64,000 nucleotides of DNA, taken from the NCBI GenBank assembly GCA_965198005.1, contig CBDAOI010000003.1:480001-544000 (forward strand), written 5' to 3'. Below the pieces are notes generated by a model. The model was not told where the DNA came from and ran no database searches. It saw only the letters and a program-made list of their open reading frames with translations. Below are positions 51,372 to 61,259 of the stretch, piece after piece. The translations under genes were made by a program, and so were the position numbers. Position 1 is the stretch's first letter. The number at the start of each line of letters is the position of its first letter. This DNA comes from Spirochaetia bacterium. GTDB lineage: Bacteria; Spirochaetota; Spirochaetia; SZUA-6; Bin103.

Positions 51372-52605
51372 GATGGTGCCTCCGGCCACGGCTGGGCGAC
51401 CTCGCCCAGCAGGTCGAAGTCGATCTTGGCGTAGTGCGCGGTCGTGTTCGGGGAGCGGTGCCTCAGAACACTGCCGATACCGGCCAGGGACACCCCGCTG
51501 CGCAGCATGGCGGTGGCAGCTGAGTGGCGCAGCAGATGTGCGCCGTGGTGGGGCGCGTTGAACCTGCGCGACGTAGAGCTTTGCACACGACACCGGACAC
51601 GGCTTGTCGAGTCATCGGGCGGCGCGGTGCCACAGCCGAGATGAACACCCGTGCCACCGGCAACGGCGGTCGTCCGCGGCGCAGGTAGATCACGATGGCG
51701 TCGCCGACCTGCTGGGGAAGCGGCAGCCAGTATTGGCGCCGACCCTTGCCGCAGACGGCGATGCGCCCGTTCTGCCAGTCGATGGCATCGAACGTCAGCT
51801 CGGCGACCTCGCTGGCGCGCAGACCCAGCCGAGCGAGCAGGAGTACTACCGCCCGATCTCTGGCCCCAACTGCATCCTCATCGCTGCAGGCGTCGATCAG
51901 CTTCTCCAGATCCTCAGGCTCAAGGAACCGAGGCGTGGCGGCGAGTTGGTAGCACGCGAAGCGTGGCACCGCGTGCCGCAGGCCGTCGGAGCACTGCCCG
52001 GTGGCAGCGAGGAACCGCAAGAAGGCGCGCACTGCCGTAGCGATCAACTGAGCCGTTGCGACCTTATGACCGTCACACCGCGTTATCACGAAGCCGCGAA
52101 CAGCCGCGGCGCTGTAGTTCGCCGGAACAACTCCCAGAGCCTCGACGAAATCGGCTACGTAGCATTCGTAGCGGTCCATGGTGCTGTGTGTCACGCCCTG
52201 GTGTTGCAGCGTCCACTTCCGAAACTGCTTCAGCAACGGCCAGCGTTCGCTCGGCGGCAGTGGCTGCTGGGCAACCGCCAGGACGCCTCGCTCCCGCAGG
52301 AACCGGATGAACACCGCAGCGGCCGCCAGTGAGTTTCGGTTGGGACCCCGCTGATAGCGCACACGACCGTGCTCGGATAGCGAGGTCCGGCACGCCTCGT
52401 ATCCCGCCACGAACTCCTTATCAGTGAACGACTCCTCGGTGAGCCAGTCCGTCCATGCGGCCAAACAGCGCAAGATGAAACTGCGCGAGTTAGCCGGATA
52501 GCCGCGTTCCTGCAGCCAGTCTGCAAAGTCGTCGATGTAGGCGATCGCGGGTCCGGAACGGAGTCGCCGGCAAGTGATCGCCAACTTGAGGTGGTCTTCA
52601 AGCAT
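51365..52605 (-). pseudogene. Tyrosine recombinase, RitA-like, with an apparent 1-bp deletion near 51562
   Basis: LGLRASEV and GKG are in one frame; HLLRHS..LRH..TAHYAK are in another. Confidence 0.88.
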
Positions 52606-52771
52606 GGATGCCTCCTTGCTTGAAGGAGCGCGATAATGCGGAGTCTTGGCTACTGCAACTACCGGCTAGAACCGCCTGAACCCCATCAGATCAGCCATGC
52701 CCGCCATCTACTCCGCATTATCCCCGGCTCCGCATAGAGAACTAATGCGGTGCACCGCATTACTCAGTCTT

Positions 52772-53153
52772 TGTCGCTACCACCACCGGGCGGTGCACGA
52801 GGAGGGGTTTCAGGTGGTCTCTGGCGCGGATGGGCAGCTTGTGTTCCGGCGGCCGGATGGTACGCCGCTGCCGGCGGTGCCGGTGGCGCCTCGCTGGGAG
52901 GGGGCGCCGCTGGCGCCGACCGAGGCGCGGCTGCGGCAGGCGGGGATCACGATCGGCCCGCATACGGCGACGCCGGAGTGGTACGGGGAGTCGCTCGACC
53001 TGGCGGCGGCGCTCGACGTGCTTTGGGAACCGCCGCCGGCCGGCGGTTCATGACGGCCGCGCCACCTGCCGGCGGGACGCGCCCGCGCCCGCGCATGGTC
53101 GAGCTGGCACACGGCCGTGCTGCCTCGACCGGTCAATTTGAGACCTACGCCCA
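52772..53153 (+). repeat. 382-bp inverted repeat, right copy (HNH gene 3' end)
   Basis: Reverse complement of 49000-49381. Confidence 0.95.
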
Positions 53154-54017
53154 AGCGAAGCTGAAGCGACGGCAGGAGGGAAGCCGCCGCAGGAGCCGGA
53201 AGCAGGACCGAAAGACAAGGACCAAGTGAACTTCACGGATGAAGAATCACGGATCATGCCGGGCGCGAACGGGGAGTTCATACAGGATTTCAACGCGCAA
53301 GCGGTGGTGGAGCAGGACAGTCACATGGTGGTGGGCAACCACGTCAGCCAAGCGGCCAACGACAAGCAGGAAGTGGCGCCGGCGCTGAACGAGTTGGGAA
53401 AGGTGGCAGACGAGCTGGGCAAGCCGGAGGCGCTGGTGGCGGATGCCGGGTACCACAGCAAAGAGAACGTGGAGCGGTGCGTGGAACAGGACATCGAGCC
53501 GTATATCGCGGGGAGCCGGGAACGCCACAACCGGCCGCTGGAAGATCGTCTCAAGGCACCCCCGGAGTGTCCTGCTGATGCGGATGCGGTGACGGCAATG
53601 CAGCATCGTTTGCAGACGGCTGAGGGGAAGGCGATCTATAGCAAGCGGAAGTCCACGGTGGAGACGGTGTTCGGGGTGATCAAGGAGGTGCTGGGATTCC
53701 GCCGCTTTCATCTGCGCGGGTTACGCGGCGCCGAGGGAGAATGGAGTCTGGTGTGCACGGCGTGGAATCTGAAGCGGATGTATGCTCTGGCAGGAGGATA
53801 AGTGGGATCAGTGGGTCCCGATGGTCGAGTTGTGGCGCCGGAACGGGCGCCGGAGCCACCTTGGAGGGTGTTGCTGGCATCACGACCTCCCGCAGGGCCT
53901 GCTTTGGGCACTCGACTGAGCGCAACCAAGCGCTGGCGAGCTAGGCGGCCGCCTACGGCGTTCCACTGGGCTCGCTCACTTCGTAACCCCGCGACCATGA
54001 CTCCGACAGGCTCCTAG
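53154..54017 (+). mobile_element. 5'-truncated IS1182-family element (transposase remnant ending 53801)
   Basis: DQVNFTDEESRIM, FNAQ, ADAGY, RKSTVETVFG.IK..LGFRRF.LRG and NLKR motifs; probable right end ccgacaggctcctag. Confidence 0.85.
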
Positions 54018-54071
54018 CGCCCCAAGACCGCCGCCGGTCGGCGCCGCGCTTGGCACATCCGGTCGGTTCGC

Positions 54072-54599
54072 CTACGAGTCTGTCGCACTCCGACACACTC
54101 CGAGGCGGGCGCGGATCTCCGCGGTCACCTGCTGCGGGGTGCGGCCGTCGGTGGCGATGGCGGTCCCCACCTGCGCGTACCAGCGGCGCCGTGCCGCCAG
54201 CAGTTCCTCCACTCCCGCCGCGCTGCCGGCCAGCAGCGGCCGCTCGCTGCTCCCGCCGATCCGCCGCACCACTTCCGCCGCGCTGGTCTCCAGATAGAAC
54301 GTGCGGCACTGATGCCGCAGGAAGCTGCGGTTGGCGGCGCGGGTCGGGGCGCCGCCGCCGGTGGCGATAACCAGCCGCCGGCTGCCGGCCAACCCCAGTA
54401 GCAGGCGCGATTCCAGGCGCCGGAACGCCGCTTCGCCGTCACGGAGAAAGATGTCCGCGATCGGGAGGCCGGCCTGCTCGACGGTCAGCTCATCGACGTC
54501 CACGAACCGGTAGCCGAGCGCGGCGCCCAGCAGCATCCCCACGGTGCTCTTGCCCGACCCCATGAACCCCACCAGCGCGACTCGATCCGGCAGCTCCAT
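54072..54599 (-). CDS. aroK: Shikimate kinase
   Basis: GFMGSGKSTVG, GEAAFRRLE, ATGGG and RPLL motifs. Confidence 0.95.
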   Translation of the reverse strand: MELPDRVALVGFMGSGKSTVGMLLGAALGYRFVDVDELTVEQAGLPIADIFLRDGEAAFRRLESRLLLGLAGSRRLVIATGGGAPTRAANRSFLRHQCRTFYLETSAAEVVRRIGGSSERPLLAGSAAGVEELLAARRRWYAQVGTAIATDGRTPQQVTAEIRARLGVCRSATDS

Positions 54600-54762
54600 C
54601 TGCTCGTGCGGAGCCTGCCGCATTCGACGCGGCTGGACAAGACCGCACCCGCTGCACCTGCACCTGCACCTGCGCGCGCTGTACCGCAGCCCCTGCCGGG
54701 TGCGGCGCTACCGGGTCCGGCGCGCGGTAGCTGCGCGGGCGCCCGCGGGGTAGCATGGCCGG

Positions 54763-55656
54763 GTGTCGCACGCGCCGCTGGTATCGGTGGTGATCCCGAC
54801 CTACAACCGCGCGCACTTGGTGCGCGCGGCGGTGGAGTCGGTGCTGGCCCAGACCTACCGGCCGCTCGAGCTGATCGTGGTCGACGACGGCTCGACCGAC
54901 GCGACCGGCCGCGTGCTGGCCGCCTGCGGCAGCGTCCGGGTGGTGCGCCAGACCCATACCGGGATGCCCGGGCAGGCGCGCAACGCGGGCGCCCGGCTGG
55001 CGCGCGGCGAGTACCTCGCCTTTCTCGATTCCGACGATCTATGGCTGCCGCAGAAGCTGGAGCTGCAGGTGGCGGCTGCCACGGCCGGGGGCGAGGTGCT
55101 GCACCACACCCGCGAGCGGTGGGAACGGTCGGGGCGGGTCGTGTCGCAGCGCGCGCAGCGCCACCGGCGGTGCGGCGACCTGTTTCTCGACTCGCTGCGC
55201 AAGTGCGTGATCGGCCCGTCGACCGTGCTGCTGCGGCGCGCGGTGTTCGCGGCGGCCGGCGGGTTTCGCGAACACCTGCAGATCGCCGAGGACTATGAGC
55301 TGTGGCTGTGGCTGACGGCGCGCTACCCGGTCGGGTACCTGGAGCGCGCGCTGGTGATCAAACGGGCCGGGCACGGCGACCAGCTCTCGGAGCGGTACGG
55401 GCAGATCGAGATCTTCCGGCTGCAGGCGTTGCGCGCGCTGCTGGAGGGCGGCCGGCTGCCCGCGCACCGGCAAGCGGCCGCGGGCGCGGAGCTGGCGCGC
55501 AAGGCGCTGATCTACGCCGCCGGCTGCCGCAAGCGCGGTCGTCCGCAGGAGGCGCGCCGCTACGAGGAGCTGGCGGCGCGCTGGTCGCACCACTCCCGGA
55601 GCGTGCCGCTCAGCTCCGGCAGCGCGGCCGCGAACGCCGGCGCCGCCTGCAGGTAG
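54763..55656 (+). CDS. Glycosyltransferase family 2
   Basis: VSVVIPTYNR, VDDGSTD, ARNAG, FLDSDD and EDYELW motifs. Confidence 0.92.
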   Translation: MSHAPLVSVVIPTYNRAHLVRAAVESVLAQTYRPLELIVVDDGSTDATGRVLAACGSVRVVRQTHTGMPGQARNAGARLARGEYLAFLDSDDLWLPQKLELQVAAATAGGEVLHHTRERWERSGRVVSQRAQRHRRCGDLFLDSLRKCVIGPSTVLLRRAVFAAAGGFREHLQIAEDYELWLWLTARYPVGYLERALVIKRAGHGDQLSERYGQIEIFRLQALRALLEGGRLPAHRQAAAGAELARKALIYAAGCRKRGRPQEARRYEELAARWSHHSRSVPLSSGSAAANAGAACR

Positions 55657-55742
55657 CCGTCCGGGGCGCCGGTGTCGGAGCAGCCTGTGCGGCCAGCGCC
55701 CTCCCGTTGACCGCATCGCCCCGGCAGGCGACCCTGAGCCCA

Positions 55743-56972
55743 ATGAAGATCTGGCTCAAGACCCTGCTGGCCGCCGGCGCCGGTATCGGGCTCGGAATCG
55801 TCCTCGGTCAGCGCGACACCATCATCACCGGACTGCTCCCGACCGCGGCGGAACTCGCGCTCCGGATCGGCCGGTACGCGGTGTTCCCCAGCGTCTTCTT
55901 CGGTCTGGTGATCGGCACGCACGAGTTGCGCGCGGGCGGCACCGGACTGCGGGTCTACGGCCGCCTGCTGCTCTATCTGGTCTGCAGCAGCGCGCTGCTC
56001 ACCGTGCTCGGCCTGGTGTCGGTGCTGGCCCTGGGCCCGAGCCGCATCCCCATCGGCATCGTCGAGCAGCCGTCGATGGACGTTCCGGGCGTGCTCGACG
56101 CAGTTGCCGCCACCATCCCGACCAACCTGTTCCAGGCGCTGGTGGCTGACGGCTCACTGCTGCTGCCGCTGGTGGTGCTGGCCGTCATCCTGGGTCTGCA
56201 CCTCGACCTCGACGGCGAAGTCACCCGGCCGGTGAGTGACCTTGCCGACGCGCTGTCGCGCATCTTCTTCAATCTCAATGCATTCCTGGTCGAAGTGTTC
56301 TGGATCGCGGCCGTGGTGATCGCCGCCGCCACCGTAGCCGGGCTCGGGGCGGTGGAGCTGGCGCTCTACCGGGAGCTGATCATCATCCTCGTGATCGACG
56401 TGATCGTGCTGTACATGGGCGTGTTCCCGGGGCTGCTGTACCTGCTCGGGGAACGCACCAACCCGTTCCGCTGGATCTACGCCGCGCTCGGGCCGGCGCT
56501 CACCGGCGCCGTCACCGGCGATCAATACGTGGGGCTCGGCTCGCTGGTGGTGCATGGGCACGGCACCTTCGGGCTGCCGCGCAAGCTTTCGTCCGCGGTG
56601 TACCCCTGGTGCGCGCTATTCGGCCGCAGCGGTACCGCCCTGGTGACCGCGGTGAGCTACATCATGATTCTTCGTTCCTACTCCAGCCTGGAGGTAAGCG
56701 CGGCTCAGGTGCTGTGGGTGGCGCTGTTCACCTTCCTGACCTCGTTCGCGCTGGCCGGCGTGCCGGGACTGGGGGTCACCGTCAGCCTGTCGATGCTGTG
56801 GGCGTTCGCCGGTCAGGGCGTACAGGAGGGATATCTGATCCTGCTGCCGATCGCGCCGCTGCTGATCAGCATCGGCGCCCTGCTCGACATTACGACCGCG
56901 GCGCTGATCGGACACGTGGTGGCCCGCGGCGAGCGCGGCGTGCGCCCGATTTCCGTGCGCGACTGGGTGTAG
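55743..56972 (+). CDS. Dicarboxylate/amino acid:cation symporter family protein
   Basis: Multiple TM segments; IPTNLFQAL, GRSGTAL and AGVPG patterns. Confidence 0.78.
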   Translation: MKIWLKTLLAAGAGIGLGIVLGQRDTIITGLLPTAAELALRIGRYAVFPSVFFGLVIGTHELRAGGTGLRVYGRLLLYLVCSSALLTVLGLVSVLALGPSRIPIGIVEQPSMDVPGVLDAVAATIPTNLFQALVADGSLLLPLVVLAVILGLHLDLDGEVTRPVSDLADALSRIFFNLNAFLVEVFWIAAVVIAAATVAGLGAVELALYRELIIILVIDVIVLYMGVFPGLLYLLGERTNPFRWIYAALGPALTGAVTGDQYVGLGSLVVHGHGTFGLPRKLSSAVYPWCALFGRSGTALVTAVSYIMILRSYSSLEVSAAQVLWVALFTFLTSFALAGVPGLGVTVSLSMLWAFAGQGVQEGYLILLPIAPLLISIGALLDITTAALIGHVVARGERGVRPISVRDWV

Positions 56973-56976
56973 CGGG

Positions 56977-58191
56977 TTACAGGTAGGGGTGGTCGATCGC
57001 GGTCACTTCGCGCAGTCGGGGCGGCGCGGCGACCGGCGCGCGGCCGAAGCACACGCCCAGCGCCTCGTAGAACGACACCGTGTCCAGTGACACCTGGCGC
57101 TGGGCGATGGCCGCGGCGGTGGGCAGGTAGCGGACCTCGCCCGCGTCGCCGCCGGCCACGGTTACGCCGGAGATGCCGGCTGCCAGCAGGCGCACGGCGC
57201 CGGCGCCGATCTGGAGGCCGAAGTTGACGTCGAACGCGGTGGTCGCGCCGGAGCGCACCAGGTGGCTGGGAGCGAGGTCGCGCACCTCGGGGGTCTCGTA
57301 GATGCCGTCGACGTACTGGCCGGTGGCGCGCATGAAGGCGGCGGCCGCCGGATCGTCCCGCAGGCGCTGCTCCAGGGCGCGGCGCACGTACCTCCCGGCG
57401 CCGGCCAGCTTGCCGTGGCCGAACGCGTCCGTTCCGGCGCCGGCGTCGGTGATCAAGCCGCCCCCGGCGTCGCGCAGCCCTTCGGCCACCACGATGGTGC
57501 AGGTGCCGGCGCGCACGTCGCTCGTCCGCACCCGTTCGAACAGCCGCCCGGTGGCGTGCCGGTAGACGACGTCCAGGTCGGCCGCCACTTCCGGAATCAG
57601 GATGCAGTCGGCGTCCGCCGCGAGACCGCCGCGCAACGCGGTATGGCCGGCGTAGCGGCCGAACACCTCGGTAATCATGATCCGGTTGTGGGTCGCCCCG
57701 GTGGTCTTGGCGTCATTCACCAGGGCCGCGATCCGGTTGACCGCGGAGTCCCCGCCCACCGAGTAGGTCTGCAGATCGAGATCCATGGTCTTGGGCGCAT
57801 GCACGCAACGGATGCCGTGCGCGACCAGATCCACCACCACGTTGCCGGTGTCGTCGCCGCCGGAGATCACCAGCCCATCGAGGTCGTGGCGGGCGAGGCC
57901 GCGCGCGATGCGCGCATACTTGTCGGCATCCTCGATCCGGGAGATCTTCACCCGCGAGTGACCCGCCTCGGACCCGGCGCGCGCCGACTCGATCCGGTCG
58001 ACCCGCGGCCGGTCGAGGCGCACCAGACGGGCGAACTGCTCCAGGTTGTAGAGACCGGCGTACCCGTTGGGAATGACGTACGCCCCGATGCCGAGGTGCC
58101 GGCACGTCAGGGCAGCCCCGCGGATCACGCCGTTGAGCCCGCCGGCGTCGCCGCCGCTGGTAATGATGCCGACGTTGCGGAACTCCCGCAT
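56977..58191 (-). CDS. 6-phosphofructokinase (PfkA family, probably PPi-dependent)
   Basis: TSGGDAGGLN, GGDDT, PKTMDLD, EVFGR.AG, LIPE, VAEG and DAFGH motifs. Confidence 0.88.
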   Translation of the reverse strand: MREFRNVGIITSGGDAGGLNGVIRGAALTCRHLGIGAYVIPNGYAGLYNLEQFARLVRLDRPRVDRIESARAGSEAGHSRVKISRIEDADKYARIARGLARHDLDGLVISGGDDTGNVVVDLVAHGIRCVHAPKTMDLDLQTYSVGGDSAVNRIAALVNDAKTTGATHNRIMITEVFGRYAGHTALRGGLAADADCILIPEVAADLDVVYRHATGRLFERVRTSDVRAGTCTIVVAEGLRDAGGGLITDAGAGTDAFGHGKLAGAGRYVRRALEQRLRDDPAAAAFMRATGQYVDGIYETPEVRDLAPSHLVRSGATTAFDVNFGLQIGAGAVRLLAAGISGVTVAGGDAGEVRYLPTAAAIAQRQVSLDTVSFYEALGVCFGRAPVAAPPRLREVTAIDHPYL

Positions 58192-58344
58192 GCGATGACC
58201 TTGCCGGCGCTCCCGCCGGCTGTCAACCGTGCGCCTGCGGCGTGCGTGACCTCGGTCCGGTGGCGCGCCGACTTCCACACCTACCGCGTCGACCGGCGGC
58301 GCCGGTTTCGGATCGTGCCCGACCGCTGGTAGATCGGTGGGCAC

Positions 58345-58457
58345 AAGAAACTTTATGCAGGACGGCCGCCGCTCTCCTGGAAGCGACCCCCGTGCGCGAC
58401 GGCGACAACCTGATCCTGCCGCTGGGCGTCGGCCTGGTCGCCTCGCTGCTGCTGTAG
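58345..58457 (+). pseudogene. Possible C-terminal remnant of a phytol/dolichol kinase-like membrane protein
   Basis: AALLEATP...DNLILPL motif only. Confidence 0.4.
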
Positions 58458-58542
58458 GTGCCCGGCGCCGCGCTGCCGGCGCTCGCGCGCTGCCCTGTGC
58501 GGTCGTTGATCGCCTGTCGCCTGCCGGGCGCCCCGGGCGCCA

Positions 58543-58571
58543 TTGACAGGGCCCGCGGATCCGGTTAGCGT
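58543..58571 (+). promoter_or_regulatory. Sigma70 promoter of tRNA-Val
   Basis: TTGACA-17bp-TAGCGT, then a GC-rich discriminator. Confidence 0.6.
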
Positions 58572-58598
58572 GGACGGTGCCGCGCGGCTGGCCACGGC

Positions 58599-58670
58599 GG
58601 GCGATTAACTCAGCGGTAGAGTGCTACCTTCACACGGTAGAAGTCACTGGTTCGATCCCAGTATCGCCCA
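58599..58670 (+). tRNA. tRNA-Val(CAC)
   Basis: GGGCGATTAACTCAGCGGTAGAGTG-CTACC-TTCACAC-GGTAG...GGTTCGATCC...ATCGCCCA. Confidence 0.95.
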
Positions 58671-58671
58671 T

Positions 58672-59721
58672 TCACCGCAGCTTCTTGCGCATCCGCCGCA
58701 GCATCTCCCGCCGCGCGTCGTTGTCGTTCGCCTTCGGTCCGGTCCGGCCGCGCTCCACCGCGGCTGGACCGGCGCCGAGGATGAGCAGCAGCGCCAGCCC
58801 CGCGATCACCATCACCGCACTGAGAATCTGGCCGGTGGTGAAATTCCAGAGGCTGAACTGCGCGGGAGTTCCCATCTGTACCAGCGCAATCGGGTACCCG
58901 AGGCCGACGTCGGGCTCCCGCAGGTACTCCACCGCGAACCGCGCCACGCCGTACCCGATCATGTACGTCACCAGCAGGAACCCGGGGAAGGGACGGTGCC
59001 GGCGCAGCACGAACCAGAGCAGCAGCCAGAGCACCACCCCCTCGAACAGCGCCTCGAACAGTTGCGACGGAAAGCGCGGCAGGTTGACCATCGACGTGTC
59101 CGCGTCGAGCGGCAGGCCGGCCGCGGTCGCCACCTCCCGCACCCACGGCTCGTCCACCGGATAGGAGGGAGCCTGGGGGAACACCACCCCGATCGGGGAG
59201 CTGGTGATGCGGCCGTACAGCTCACCGTTGATGAAGTTGCCCAGTCGCCCGAAGGTGTAGCCGAGCGGTGCGCTCGCCGCCAGCAGGTCTGCCACCTGCA
59301 GCACTTCCAACCGTTGCACGCGGCAGTAGATCAGCACCGCCGCCAGCGCTCCCACCAGGCCGCCGTGATAGGACATGCCCTGCAACCCGGTGAAACGCAA
59401 CGCGCCGTCGACCCGCTCGAACGGGAACACGATCTGCAGCGGGTTGCGCGCGTAGTATCCGGTCGGATCATAGATCAACACCGAAAACAGGCGCCCGCCG
59501 AGCAGCACGCCGATGATGCCCCAGAAGAACAGGTTGAGCACCGTGTCCTTGTTCATCTGAAGGTCACCGCGATCGGCCGCCGTGAGATGGCGGAACAGAC
59601 CGTAGGTGAGCGCGAACGCCACTAGGTACATCACCCCGTACCAGCGAATCGGCAGCCCCGGGATCACCTCCGGCCGCAACCAGGCGGGAAAGTTCACATA
59701 ACTAAGCACTTGTTCTCTCAT
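58672..59721 (-). CDS. lgt: Prolipoprotein diacylglyceryl transferase
   Basis: IRWYGVMY, GGRL, GMSYHGG, GRLGNFINGELYGR and PSQLFEA motifs. Confidence 0.96.
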   Translation of the reverse strand: MREQVLSYVNFPAWLRPEVIPGLPIRWYGVMYLVAFALTYGLFRHLTAADRGDLQMNKDTVLNLFFWGIIGVLLGGRLFSVLIYDPTGYYARNPLQIVFPFERVDGALRFTGLQGMSYHGGLVGALAAVLIYCRVQRLEVLQVADLLAASAPLGYTFGRLGNFINGELYGRITSSPIGVVFPQAPSYPVDEPWVREVATAAGLPLDADTSMVNLPRFPSQLFEALFEGVVLWLLLWFVLRRHRPFPGFLLVTYMIGYGVARFAVEYLREPDVGLGYPIALVQMGTPAQFSLWNFTTGQILSAVMVIAGLALLLILGAGPAAVERGRTGPKANDNDARREMLRRMRKKLR

Positions 59722-59791
59722 TGTATCCCGATGCGGGCTATACTTCCTATACCACGCGTGCACCGGCCGGTGCGGCGGCCGCCGCCGCGAG

Positions 59792-61255
59792 GTGCAGGAG
59801 TTACCGATGCCACAGCCACGCCCTCAGCCGACCGTCCGGTTGACCCGCCATTTGGTGACCGTTGCCGTGGCCGGCGGACTGCTGCTGCTGCTGACCCTGT
59901 CGCCGGGGGCGCAGGCGACCAACGAGCAGGCCGACGCGGAACAGTTCGTCGACCTGTTCACCGAAGTGTTCGACTTCGTCCGCAACCACTACGTCGACGA
60001 GAGCCGGGTCGACCCCGAGACCCTGATCCAGGGTGCGCTGGACGGCATGTTCGCGACCCTGGACGACCCGCACTCTTCCTACGTCCCGCCGGAAGAGATC
60101 GGCGACCTGCTGGACATGACGCGCGGTGAATTCGGCGGCGTGGGCCTGCAGATATCCGTGGACCCCGGGGTGGGGGTCGAGGTGATTTCCCCGCTGGAGG
60201 GCCAGCCGGCGTACCGCGCGGGCGTCCGCCCCGGGGACGTGATCGTCGCCGTCGACGGTGAATCGGCGCTCGAGTTCGACGCCAACGACGTGGTTACGCG
60301 CTTGCGCGGCGAGCCCGGCACCTCGGTTTCGATCCGGTTTCGCCGCGGCAGCGGCATCAACTTCGAGGTGGTGATCGAACGCACCCTGATCGAGGTGCCG
60401 ACGGTGCGCTACGATACCATCGGCGACGACCTGGGCTACCTGCGCGTCAGGCAGTTCACCATGCTCACGCCCGGCCGGGTGGGAGAGGCGCTCGACGAAC
60501 TGCAGCGGCATGACCTGGCGGGGCTGATTGTGGATCTGCGCAGCAACCCGGGTGGAGTGCTCGGGGCCGCGGTCGAGGTGGCCGACTACTTCCTCTCTTC
60601 CGGCGTGATCGTGTCGACCCGTTCGCGCCACGACACCGACGGGCACGCATACCACGCGTCGCAGCGCACGCGCGTCGACCCGCAGCTCCCGATCGTGGTG
60701 CTGATCGACCGCGGCTCGGCCTCCGCCTCCGAAATCCTGGCCGCCGTGCTCCAGGACAGCGCGCGCGGCTACCTGCTGGGCGAGCAGAGCTACGGCAAGG
60801 GTTCGGTGCAGCAGGTGCGTCACTTCGGCGAGGGGGCGGTGAAGCTCACCACGGCCCGCTACTTCACCCGCCGCAACGTCAACCTGGACGACGGCGGCGT
60901 GCTGCCCGACTGGGACCTGCGCGAGCCGGACCTGAGCGAGGAGGCGGAGGAGGAGTTGTCCGAACTGCTCGACGCGGGACGTGTCCGGGCCTTCGCGCGC
61001 GCCACTCCCAACGCCGGCGACGCCCAGATCGAGGAGTTCGTCACCGAGCTGCAGCGCTCCGTGGTCGCGCTCGATCGCCACTATCTGCTGGAGCTGGTAC
61101 ACGAGGTAGTGGCGCGGCGCCAGCCGTCGCCGCCGGCGTATGACCTGCGCTTCGACGACGTGCTGGTGGAGGCGGTGGGGCTGCTCGACCGCGGCGAGGT
61201 GCCGGCACCGGACACCGGCCCGCTGCGCGAACCAGCCGCCGTGTCGGTGTCGTAG
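59792..61255 (+). CDS. ctpA: S41 carboxyl-terminal processing protease
   Basis: LDDPHS, PDZ domain, DLRSNPGG, SASASEI and GKGSVQ motifs. Confidence 0.92.
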   Translation: MQELPMPQPRPQPTVRLTRHLVTVAVAGGLLLLLTLSPGAQATNEQADAEQFVDLFTEVFDFVRNHYVDESRVDPETLIQGALDGMFATLDDPHSSYVPPEEIGDLLDMTRGEFGGVGLQISVDPGVGVEVISPLEGQPAYRAGVRPGDVIVAVDGESALEFDANDVVTRLRGEPGTSVSIRFRRGSGINFEVVIERTLIEVPTVRYDTIGDDLGYLRVRQFTMLTPGRVGEALDELQRHDLAGLIVDLRSNPGGVLGAAVEVADYFLSSGVIVSTRSRHDTDGHAYHASQRTRVDPQLPIVVLIDRGSASASEILAAVLQDSARGYLLGEQSYGKGSVQQVRHFGEGAVKLTTARYFTRRNVNLDDGGVLPDWDLREPDLSEEAEEELSELLDAGRVRAFARATPNAGDAQIEEFVTELQRSVVALDRHYLLELVHEVVARRQPSPPAYDLRFDDVLVEAVGLLDRGEVPAPDTGPLREPAAVSVS

Positions 61256-61259
61256 GGCC

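Larger units (their letters stand above)
49391..52736 (-). mobile_element. RIT (recombinase-in-trio) element
   Basis: Three overlapping tyrosine recombinase genes; imperfect terminal inverted repeats with paired TAATGCGG boxes (49391-49418 and 52710-52736); flanked by gagaac on both sides. Confidence 0.92.

Noticed and set aside
54645-54672. Short tandem repeats (gcacct here; the 9-mer at about 32454; gccggcgga at about 11580)
   Set aside because: Few copies, consistent with ordinary slippage in high-GC DNA; no supporting context.
58262-58332. GH16-like DFHTY scrap
   Set aside because: Too short to distinguish from chance.
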